A stretch of DNA of 64,000 bases, taken from NCBI RefSeq assembly GCF_031178445.1, contig NZ_JAPSIY010000008.1, forward strand, positions 65,429-129,428, given 5' to 3'. This DNA is from Microbacterium sp. GTDB lineage: Bacteria > Actinomycetota > Actinomycetes > Actinomycetales > Microbacteriaceae. A program made the position numbers and the translations under genes. The stretch's first letter is position 1, and each line of letters opens with the position of its first letter. The notes under the pieces were generated by a model. That model searched no databases. It had not been told where the DNA came from and saw nothing but the letters and a program-made list of their open reading frames with translations. Shown piece after piece: positions 17,211 to 25,620 of the stretch.

Positions 17211-19678
17211 GTTCGCCGGCTGAGCGCTACGCCGCCGCACGCTCCGCGTCGCAGCATCCTCAGACGCGGGCCTTCGCCGAAGCACAGCGCTTCGAGCTCG
17301 ATCCCTTTCAGATCGACGCGTGCCAGGCTCTGGAGCGCGGCCACAGCGTGCTGGTCGCCGCGCCGACCGGCGCCGGCAAAACGATCGTCGGCGAGTTCGC
17401 GATCCACCTGGCCATGCAGACGCCGAACGACAAGGCGTTCTACACGACCCCGATGAAGGCGCTGTCGAACCAGAAGTTCCGCGAGTTGGTCGACGTCTAC
17501 GGCGCCGCCGAGGTGGGTCTGCTCACCGGCGACACAAACATCAACGGCAACGCGCGCATCGTGGTGATGACCACGGAAGTGCTGCGCAACATGCTCTACG
17601 CCGGCTCTGACGCGCTGCGCGGTCTCCGCTTCGTGGTGATGGATGAGGTGCACTATCTCGCCGACCGGTTCCGCGGACCGGTGTGGGAAGAGGTGATCCT
17701 GCATCTCGCCCACGACGTGCGGCTGATATCCCTGAGTGCCACCGTCTCGAACGCGGAGGAGTTCGGCGACTGGCTCGACACTGTGCGCGGCGACACCGAA
17801 GTCATCGTCTCGGAGACCAGGCCGGTGCCGCTCGAGCAGCACGTTCTCGTGCGGGATGATCTCCTGCCGCTCTTCGACGATCGCGCCGGCGTCGCGACCG
17901 CGCAGGTGAATCAGGAGCTGTTCCGTATCCGGTCCTTCACCGGGTCGCGCTACGACAGCAACAGCCGGGCCCAGGCCTACAACAGCGCCCGTCACGCCGG
18001 CCGGCAGGCGCAGCGGCCGCCCCGCGGCGGCAAGCGCCCTGTCCGCGCGGCGAACATGCGCCGCATCGAGCGGATGGATCGCCCTGACGTGGTGCAGCTC
18101 CTGGAGCGATCGAACCTGCTGCCGGCGATCTTCTTCATCTTCAGCCGCGTGGGATGCGACGCCGCCGTGCAGCAGGTGCGGCGGGCGGGCATCCGTCTGA
18201 CGACGCAGGAGGAGCGCGATCAGATCCGTGCGACCGTCACGGAGCGCACTGCCGCTCTGCAGGACGAGGATCTCGACGTGCTCGGATTCTGGGAGTGGCG
18301 CGACAACCTCGAGCGCGGCGTCGCTGCCCATCACGCGGGCATGCTGCCCGTGTTCAAAGAGGTCGTCGAGGAGCTCTTCCAGCGCAAGCTGGTCAAAGCG
18401 GTGTTCGCCACCGAGACGCTCGCTCTCGGCATCAACATGCCTGCCCGCACCGTCGTGCTGGAGAAGATGGAGAAGTTCAACGGCGAGGCCAGGGTGGCGA
18501 TCACGTCGGGGGAGTACACGCAGCTCACCGGTCGTGCGGGTCGGCGCGGCATCGACGTCGAGGGTCACGCCGTGGTGCAGTGGACCGAGGGCATGGACCC
18601 GCAGTCCGTCGCGGCACTCGCGTCGCGGCGCACCTATCCGCTGAACTCCAGTTTCCGTCCCACCTACAACATGGCGGTCAACCTGATCGACCGCTTCGGT
18701 CGCACCAGGGCGAGAGAGATTCTGGAGTCCTCCTTCGCGCAGTTCCAGGCGGACCGCTCGGTCGTCGGGCTGGCAAGGAAGGTGCGAGACGCTGAGGAGT
18801 CGCTCGACGGCTATCTCAAGGCAATGCAGTGCGAGCGCGGCGACTTCCTCGACTATGCGGCGATACGGCGCGAACTGAGCGATCTCGAGAAGAAGAACCG
18901 TCGTGACGCCGGGCCTCGCGCCGCACGTGACAAGCGCCTCAAGAAGATCCAGCAGCTGCGCACCCGCATGCAGCGCCACGCATGCCACGGCTGCCCCGAT
19001 CGCGAGGCGCACGCACGCTGGGCCGAACGCTACTTCACCCTGAAACGCGACACCGACCGGATCCGCAAGCAGATCGAGAAGCGCACCGGCAGTGTCGCCC
19101 GCATCTTCGACCGAGTGATCGATGTCCTGCAGATCGTCGACTACGTCTCCGGAACCGGTGACGAGCTGGAGCTGACGGATGCAGGACGCACCATGCGCCG
19201 CATCTACGGTGAACGCGACCTGCTGGTGGCCGAGGCGCTGCGCGCGCGGCTTTGGCGGAACCTGGACGCGCCTTCGCTCGCGGCGATGGCCTGCTGCCTG
19301 GTGTACGAGCCGCGCCGTGATGAGCAGAACGCGGGGGAGCGGGGCCTGCCACGCGGCGCGTTCCGCATCGCATACGACGCGACCACTCGCTTGTGGGCCG
19401 AGCTCGACGAGCTCGAGGAGGCGCACTCGCTGCCCCGCACGGAACCTCTTGCGCCAGGGCTCTCCGGCGCCATGCACTCCTGGGCGCGCGGCGGCGCTCT
19501 CGACAGGGTCCTGGTCGACGCCGACATGGCTGCCGGTGACTTCGTCCGCTGGGCCAAGCAGACCATCGACCTGCTCGACCAGCTGTCGATCGTCGCCGAC
19601 GACGACGAGCTGGCGCGCACCGCGAGACGGGCCCTCGACGGCGTGCGGCGGGGCATCGTCGCCTACTCGGGGGTGTGA
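17207..19678 (+). CDS. helY: Ski2/HelY-like DEAD/DEAH RNA helicase
   Basis: APTGAGKT, TPMKALSNQK, MDEVH, LSAT, HHAGM, QLTGRAGRRG, DSHCT-type C-terminus. Confidence 0.93.
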   Translation: MSSPAERYAAARSASQHPQTRAFAEAQRFELDPFQIDACQALERGHSVLVAAPTGAGKTIVGEFAIHLAMQTPNDKAFYTTPMKALSNQKFRELVDVYGAAEVGLLTGDTNINGNARIVVMTTEVLRNMLYAGSDALRGLRFVVMDEVHYLADRFRGPVWEEVILHLAHDVRLISLSATVSNAEEFGDWLDTVRGDTEVIVSETRPVPLEQHVLVRDDLLPLFDDRAGVATAQVNQELFRIRSFTGSRYDSNSRAQAYNSARHAGRQAQRPPRGGKRPVRAANMRRIERMDRPDVVQLLERSNLLPAIFFIFSRVGCDAAVQQVRRAGIRLTTQEERDQIRATVTERTAALQDEDLDVLGFWEWRDNLERGVAAHHAGMLPVFKEVVEELFQRKLVKAVFATETLALGINMPARTVVLEKMEKFNGEARVAITSGEYTQLTGRAGRRGIDVEGHAVVQWTEGMDPQSVAALASRRTYPLNSSFRPTYNMAVNLIDRFGRTRAREILESSFAQFQADRSVVGLARKVRDAEESLDGYLKAMQCERGDFLDYAAIRRELSDLEKKNRRDAGPRAARDKRLKKIQQLRTRMQRHACHGCPDREAHARWAERYFTLKRDTDRIRKQIEKRTGSVARIFDRVIDVLQIVDYVSGTGDELELTDAGRTMRRIYGERDLLVAEALRARLWRNLDAPSLAAMACCLVYEPRRDEQNAGERGLPRGAFRIAYDATTRLWAELDELEEAHSLPRTEPLAPGLSGAMHSWARGGALDRVLVDADMAAGDFVRWAKQTIDLLDQLSIVADDDELARTARRALDGVRRGIVAYSGV

Positions 19679-19681
19679 CGG

Positions 19682-21238
19682 ATGCTCTCCCGCCGGACCG
19701 GGGCTCGACCGCGCCCGCACGACGCGCCCGCCGCGCCTGAACGCCCGATGCTGCCGCTCTGGGCGGCGGTGCTCAGTGCGGCGCTGGCCGGGGTGTTGAT
19801 GGATCTCGCATTCCCCTCAGTGGGTCTGTGGCCGTGCGCCTTCGTGGCGGTCGGGCTGTTGCTCCTCGCCCTGGACGGTCGCCGTATCGGAGGCGCGATC
19901 CTCGTCTCTGCGGTCTACGGCGCGGTGTTCTTTCCCCTGCTGGTGTTCTGGGCGACGCGATACCTGGGCGCCGTGCCATGGCTGGGGCTCGCCGGCGCCG
20001 AAACGGTTCTGACCTCGGTCGCCCTGGTGCCGATCGCGCTCGCCTACCGCTGGCTACCGCGCGCCTGGCCCGGGGCGAGGTCCGTTCTGCTGCCCGTCGT
20101 CGTCGGCGCCCTGTGGGCGATGTACGAGCTGTTCCTGGGCAACTGGCCATACGGGGGGTTCCCTTGGGCCAGATTGGGAATGACGCAATCGCAGGGCCCC
20201 ATGGCCCCTGTCGTGTCGTGGATCGGCGTGACGGGACTCAGCTTCCTCATGGTCACGGCCGTGGCGCTGATCATCGAGTGCGTGCGCGCGTCGGGGTGGC
20301 GTCGCCCGATCGCGCTCGTCGCGCCGGCGGCGACAGTCGCCATTCTGCTGCTCACTCCGCTGTTCCCGACCTCTTCGACGGGGGCGATGCGCATCGGCGC
20401 GGTGCAGGGCAATGGCACCACCGGCTTCTTCGACGATCGAGAGCCGTACGGCGTGATCGAGGCGCAGACACGGGCCACTGAACCGCTCATCGGCGAAGAG
20501 GTGGATCTGCTGGTCTGGCCGGAGGGCGGCGTCGACTACGATCCGTTCCAGGACTCCGCCACCGCGCGGATGCTGACGCGTGTCTCCGCCCGCGTCGACG
20601 CCCCGCTGCTGGCGAACACCGCGACGGAGCGAGGCGACAATGCCTTCAACACCTCGTTCGTGTGGAATGAGGACGGCGCCACCGGTCAGACGCACGACAA
20701 GCGGCATCCCGTGCCGTTCGGCGAGTACGTGCCGAACCGAGAGTTCTTCAACGCGCTCGCGCCCGACCTGGTCGGCCTGCTCACCCGTGAGTACACGCCG
20801 GGAAGCAACTCACCGACCGTCGAGGTGGGCGGCATCGGGGTGGGTCTGGCGATCTGCTTCGACGTGATCTACGACGAGGTGATCCGCGAGAGCGTCGGAG
20901 CGGGAGCGGAGGTCCTGGTCTTCCAGACCAACAATGCCGATTTCCGCGGCACTGACGAGAATCTGCAGCAGCTGGCGTTCGCCCGCATGCGGGCAATGGA
21001 GACCGGCCGCAGTGTGGTGAACGTCTCGACCGTCGGCACGAGTCAGGTCATCCGCCCCGACGGGTCGACCGTCTCGAGCCTGGACGCGAATGAGGCCGGA
21101 GCGCTGCTCGAGGATGTCGAACTTCGCTCCGGCCTCACGGCTGGGGTGGTGCTGGGCCCGTGGGTGCAGCTTGTGCTGGCGCTCGCGGGGCCGGCCGCCC
21201 TGGTGGCCGCCTACGTCGGCTCACGCCGGCGACCGTGA
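19682..21238 (+). CDS. lnt: Apolipoprotein N-acyltransferase
   Basis: PYGGFPW, VWPEG, KRHPVPFGEY, ICFD, TNNA. Confidence 0.93.
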   Translation: MLSRRTGARPRPHDAPAAPERPMLPLWAAVLSAALAGVLMDLAFPSVGLWPCAFVAVGLLLLALDGRRIGGAILVSAVYGAVFFPLLVFWATRYLGAVPWLGLAGAETVLTSVALVPIALAYRWLPRAWPGARSVLLPVVVGALWAMYELFLGNWPYGGFPWARLGMTQSQGPMAPVVSWIGVTGLSFLMVTAVALIIECVRASGWRRPIALVAPAATVAILLLTPLFPTSSTGAMRIGAVQGNGTTGFFDDREPYGVIEAQTRATEPLIGEEVDLLVWPEGGVDYDPFQDSATARMLTRVSARVDAPLLANTATERGDNAFNTSFVWNEDGATGQTHDKRHPVPFGEYVPNREFFNALAPDLVGLLTREYTPGSNSPTVEVGGIGVGLAICFDVIYDEVIRESVGAGAEVLVFQTNNADFRGTDENLQQLAFARMRAMETGRSVVNVSTVGTSQVIRPDGSTVSSLDANEAGALLEDVELRSGLTAGVVLGPWVQLVLALAGPAALVAAYVGSRRRP

Positions 21239-21239
21239 C

Positions 21240-21623
21240 TCAGGCGCCGATGCGCTCCCGTGTCGGGTCCTCGCCCGCGCCGCGACGTGCGCGCACGTAG
21301 GCGAGACGCTCCTCGAGCAGCTCCTCGAGCTCTGCGCGCGTACGGCGCTCGAGCAGCATGTCCCAGTGGGAGCGGGCGGACTTCTCCTCGGAATCGTCGA
21401 GCTTGACCGACTCGCCGTCGACCTGCAGCAGCGCCTCGGCGCCGCAGGTGCGGCATTCCCAGGTCTGCGGAGGCTCAGCATCGGCGGCGAACATCAGCGT
21501 GGTGTCGTGTCCGCACGTCGCGCACTTGTACGTGGTGGCGCGTCGCTCCATGAACACGACGCCCTCTTCACTCTGAAGGCTCTGGGCACCCAGTCGGATG
21601 CCTCGAAGGCTGCGATCTGCCAT
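21240..21623 (-). CDS. rbpA: RNA polymerase-binding protein RbpA
   Basis: MADRSLRG, CxxC...WxCxxC, RSHWDMLLERR. Confidence 0.95.
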   Translation of the reverse strand: MADRSLRGIRLGAQSLQSEEGVVFMERRATTYKCATCGHDTTLMFAADAEPPQTWECRTCGAEALLQVDGESVKLDDSEEKSARSHWDMLLERRTRAELEELLEERLAYVRARRGAGEDPTRERIGA

Positions 21624-21741
21624 TGTGTGGTCCTCTCGTCGCTGTCAGGTATAACGGTCGCGGCTGTGCGGTTCATCCACACCGGCGAGAAGCGGCAGGG
21701 ATTCACAGTGGAATCCCAGGGGCAGCGCTTTCCTGCCTCGG

Positions 21742-22518
21742 TCAGTCCCGATGCAGCAGCGAGACGGCGACGTCGGCGCGATCGCTGACGATGCCGTCCA
21801 CCCCCATGGCGACGAGGCGGCGGATGTCGTCGGGCTCGTTCACCGTCCACACGTGCACTTCGACGTCGCGTGAATGAGCGGCGCGCAGCAGAGCGGGCGT
21901 GAGCACGCGGACGCCGTTGTACCGTTCCGGGATCTGCACCGCGTCGAGATCGGCGAGGATCCTGCCGGGGGAGAGGCGCATGCTCGACGCAGCGCGAAGC
22001 GCCATGATCGTACGGCGACCGCCGGAGGTGGCGGGTCGCAGGGCGGCACCGGCGCGCAGCGCGGCTTCGACCGCCGTGCGGCGACGCCGATCGGAGAAGC
22101 TGGTCAGCAGCACGCGTTCTGTGTGAGGTGCGACGAGCCGGCCCGCCGGTTCCGCGGCGGCATCCGTCTTCACATCGATGTTGAAGCGCGTGTCGGGAAA
22201 CAGCTCCAGCGCCTCCGCAACCGTCAGCAGGCCGCCGTGATCCTCGAAGAGGGTCCGCAGTTCGGCGGTGCGGACGGTGGCTGTGGCTCTCGCGTCACCG
22301 GCGAGACGAATGAGCGTCTCGTCATGCACCAGCACCACGTCGCCGTCGACGGTGAGACGGCAGTCCGTCTCGATGTACTCCGCCCCGGAAGCGTGGGCGG
22401 CGGCGAAAGCGGCGGCGCTGTTCTCCCAAACCGGCGAGTCCTCGCGCGTCGTGGGTATCAGCCCGCGGTGGGCGAGGACTCTGGGGTGCCGGGTTCCGGC
22501 GAAGTACGGGTGCCTCAC
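21742..22518 (-). CDS. Glycerophosphodiester phosphodiesterase family protein
   Basis: LAHRG, ENS, IETDC, HD, NIDVK, HVWTVN, DGIVSD. Confidence 0.9.
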   Translation of the reverse strand: MRHPYFAGTRHPRVLAHRGLIPTTREDSPVWENSAAAFAAAHASGAEYIETDCRLTVDGDVVLVHDETLIRLAGDARATATVRTAELRTLFEDHGGLLTVAEALELFPDTRFNIDVKTDAAAEPAGRLVAPHTERVLLTSFSDRRRRTAVEAALRAGAALRPATSGGRRTIMALRAASSMRLSPGRILADLDAVQIPERYNGVRVLTPALLRAAHSRDVEVHVWTVNEPDDIRRLVAMGVDGIVSDRADVAVSLLHRD

Positions 22519-23441
22519 TCGGTGCGCTGCGAATCGAGCGGCGCTGCGCCCGGGCGGGGCGTGAACGCGCTGCCGATGCCCTTGAGCGCCTCGGTCAGCT
22601 CACTCGGGATGATCCACAGCTTGCTGGATTCGCTCTCGCTGATCTTCGGGAGCATCTGCAGGTACTGGTAGGCCAGCAGCTTGTCGTCGGGCTGACCCTG
22701 GTGGATGGCGGTGAACACGTTCTGGATGGCCTCGGCCTCGCCCTGTGCGCGCAGCACCGCTGCCTGCTTGTCGCCCTCTGCCTTGAGGATCGCAGCCTGA
22801 CGCTGCCCCTCGGCCTCCAGGATCTGCGACTGCTTCGATCCCTCCGCGGTGAGGATGGTCGCGCGACGCTCACGCTCGGCGCGCATCTGCTTCTCCATCG
22901 AGTCCTGAATCGAAACGGGCGGGTCGATCGCCTTCAGCTCCACGCGCGAGACGCGGATACCCCACTTGCCCGTCGCCTCGTCGAGCACGACACGCAACTG
23001 GCCGTTGATGTTGTCGCGGCTGGTCAGGGCCTCTTCGAGGTTGAGCCCGCCGACCACGTTTCGCAGCGTCGTCGTGGTGAGCTGTTCGACCGCGCCGAGA
23101 TAGTTCGCGATCTCGTACGTGGCGGCGCGAGCATCCGTCACCTGGAAGTAGACGACCGTGTCGATCGAGACGACCAGGTTGTCTTCGGTGATGACCGGCT
23201 GCGGTGGGAAGGACACCACCTGCTCGCGCATATCGATCAGCGGCCGCAGGCGGTCGATGAAGGGCACCAGCAGATTCAGACCCGGCGTGAGGGTCTTGTG
23301 GTAGCGGCCCAGCCGCTCCACAACCCCCGCAGTCGCCTGCGGAATGATCCGGATCGAGCGTGCGAGCGTCACCAACACGAAGATGATGACTGCGATCGCG
23401 AGGATCCAGGCGATGGCTGCGGGAAGGAACGAGTCGTCCAT
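22515..23441 (-). CDS. SPFH/Band 7 (QmcA-like) protein
   Basis: VVERLGRY, PPQPVITEDN, EKQMRAERERRA. Confidence 0.93.
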   Translation of the reverse strand: MDDSFLPAAIAWILAIAVIIFVLVTLARSIRIIPQATAGVVERLGRYHKTLTPGLNLLVPFIDRLRPLIDMREQVVSFPPQPVITEDNLVVSIDTVVYFQVTDARAATYEIANYLGAVEQLTTTTLRNVVGGLNLEEALTSRDNINGQLRVVLDEATGKWGIRVSRVELKAIDPPVSIQDSMEKQMRAERERRATILTAEGSKQSQILEAEGQRQAAILKAEGDKQAAVLRAQGEAEAIQNVFTAIHQGQPDDKLLAYQYLQMLPKISESESSKLWIIPSELTEALKGIGSAFTPRPGAAPLDSQRTE

Positions 23442-23450
23442 CGGATGCTC

Positions 23451-23924
23451 CTATTCGGCGACGGGTCGGACGATGGCGGTGGCACCGTGGATCTCGGACA
23501 CCGCGACGCGGGCGCCCTGGGGGATGGGCACGCCGTCGAGAGCGCGCGCGGTCCAGGTGTCGCCGTTGCTGAGCTTGACCTGCCCGGAGATCTGGGTGAT
23601 GTCCTGAAGCGCGGTGCCGCGCAACTCGATCAGCGCGTCGACATTGGACTTGGCCGGATCCTCTCCACGGCGAAGCCGATGCAGGAGAGGCGGGCGGAGG
23701 AAGAGGATGAATGCGGCAGCGCCGGCGGCGGCGATGATCACCTGCGCCCAGAGCGGCAGGCCCACGAGGTCGGTGACCAGTCCTGCCACGCCGCCGAGCG
23801 AGAGCATGAGGAAGGTGAAGTCGAGGGTGAGCATCTCGACCACAAGGAAGACCGCGATCAGCACCAGCCAGCCGATCCAGGCCCACTGCTCGATGCCTTC
23901 GACGAATGCCGTGAAACCGTCCAT
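23451..23924 (-). CDS. NfeD family protein
   Basis: N-terminal TM segments, GQVKL..GDTWTA OB-fold; classic partner of SPFH. Confidence 0.9.
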   Translation of the reverse strand: MDGFTAFVEGIEQWAWIGWLVLIAVFLVVEMLTLDFTFLMLSLGGVAGLVTDLVGLPLWAQVIIAAAGAAAFILFLRPPLLHRLRRGEDPAKSNVDALIELRGTALQDITQISGQVKLSNGDTWTARALDGVPIPQGARVAVSEIHGATAIVRPVAE

Positions 23925-24040
23925 GCGCCCCTCCTGCGGTCAACCTACCACGGGCGTGCTCCGCGGGCCGCGGTGCGCCGGCGTTGTAGGCTGAAGTGTC
24001 GCCCTCCCGGGCGATTTCCGCGCATCAGGAGGAGTCAGAA

Positions 24041-24805
24041 ATGACCCAGGTTCTCCCGGCCGGAGCCCTCGACGGCAAGGTGGCGCTCGTCACCGGCTCG
24101 TCGCGTGGCATCGGCGCCGACACCGTCCGCTACTTCGCCGAGGCCGGCGCGGACGTCGTCATCAACTTCCGCAACAAGGCGCCGCGAGCCGAGAAGCTGG
24201 CCTCCCAGATTCGGGAACTGGGCGTGCGCGCGCTCGTGGTCGGCGCCGACCTGACCGACCCTGAGTCGGTGCAGGCGATGTTCGATGCCGTTCGTCAGGA
24301 GTTCGGCCGCCTCGACATCCTCGTGTTGAACGCCTCCGGGGGCATGGAGTCCGGCATGGCCGAGGACTACGCGCTCAAGCTCAACCGAGACGCTCAGGTC
24401 GGCGCGCTGAAGGCGGCGGAGCCGCTGCTCGGCGACGGTTCGCGCGTGGTGTTCGTGACGAGCCATCAGGCGCATTTCATCCGCACGACTCCGACCATGC
24501 CCGAGTACGAGCCCGTCGCGAAGTCCAAGCGAGCCGGCGAGGACGCTCTGCGTGAGCTGGTGCCCGAGCTCGCCGAGAAGGGCATCGGCTTCACCGTGGT
24601 TTCCGGCGACATGATCGAGGGCACCATCACCGCGACACTGCTCGAGAGGGCGAATCCGGGAGCGATCGCGGGCCGCCGCGAGTCCGCCGGGAAGCTGTAC
24701 AACGTGGCCGAGTTCGCAGCCGAGGTCGCCCGAGCGGCTGTCGATCCCGTGCCGGCCGACAACACGCGTCTGGTCGGAGACACCGCGGACTTCGTCACCG
24801 AGTGA
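24041..24805 (+). CDS. SDR family oxidoreductase
   Basis: VTGSSRGIG, DILVLNASGG, YxxxxxxK; RBS GAGGAG. Confidence 0.9.
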   Translation: MTQVLPAGALDGKVALVTGSSRGIGADTVRYFAEAGADVVINFRNKAPRAEKLASQIRELGVRALVVGADLTDPESVQAMFDAVRQEFGRLDILVLNASGGMESGMAEDYALKLNRDAQVGALKAAEPLLGDGSRVVFVTSHQAHFIRTTPTMPEYEPVAKSKRAGEDALRELVPELAEKGIGFTVVSGDMIEGTITATLLERANPGAIAGRRESAGKLYNVAEFAAEVARAAVDPVPADNTRLVGDTADFVTE

Positions 24806-24808
24806 TTC

Positions 24809-24856
24809 ATGTGAGGAGCCGGTCCCGCCGCACTCGACGGGACCGGCTCCTCACAT
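24809..24856. terminator. Perfect 19-bp hairpin between convergent SDR and HdeD-like genes
   Basis: ATGTGAGGAGCCGGTCCCG-N10-CGGGACCGGCTCCTCACAT. Confidence 0.8.
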
Positions 24857-24863
24857 CTCTGGA

Positions 24864-25454
24864 TCAGACGATCTCGGCCGCGAGTGGATCGATCTGCTCG
24901 GCATCGCGCTTCATCGTCAGGGCGCGCATCAGCTGCAAAGCGCCCAGTACCACGAGCGACGCCCCCAGCATGATCCAGAGCACGGTGGCCGCGTACAGAG
25001 GCGAGAAGAGCACGACTACGCCGGCGATGATTCCCAGTACGGCGTAGAGCAGCGTCCACGCTTTGGAGGCGTCGGCACCGAGCAGACTGAGTGCGACGAA
25101 GCCGTCGACGATCCAGCTGACGCCGATGAAGACGGCAACGACCAGGGCGAAGGTGACGGTCGCTGCGGGCAGGTTGGCGAACGCGATGATCCCGGTCGCC
25201 ATCTAGAGCAGGCCCAGCAGGATGTGACCTGCGCGCGCCCAGCCGCCTCCATTGCCGGAGAAGATGCCGAGCGCGATATACACCAACCCGCCGACGATCA
25301 GGTACGAGGCGAAGATGCCAGTGACGATGACCGCGGACTTCGTCGGCCAGATGAGCAGCACGAGCCCTGCTATCAATGCCAGCGCACCCGACACGGCCAG
25401 GAAGATCCGGACGGAGCGGACGAAGCCCTTCGTCTCAGCGAGCACATCGGTCAT
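24864..25454 (-). pseudogene. HdeD/DUF308 membrane protein interrupted by an in-frame TAG
   Basis: Two in-frame ORFs (25203-25454, 24864-25202) join into one ~196-aa multi-TM protein; TAG at 25203-25205. Confidence 0.8.
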
Positions 25455-25620
25455 GATCAGCCCTTCTCTCGAACGAGTTCGCGCTCAGGATAGCGCTGTG
25501 CCATCGCGACTGCCACGATCGAAGGGCTGACGCATCGCTTCGGCGCGTGCGCTTCCCTGCAGCGCATGTGACGCTAGCCTCTCATCTGCACCCATCGTCT
25601 ACGACCAGGAGTGACCCGCC

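Noticed and set aside
25469-25482. TCGAAC-GA-GTTCGC upstream of the UvrA-like gene as a LexA box
   Set aside because: Spacer is 2 nt, not the 4 nt of the actinobacterial SOS box, and it lies in the HdeD leader about 140 nt from the uvrA-like start.
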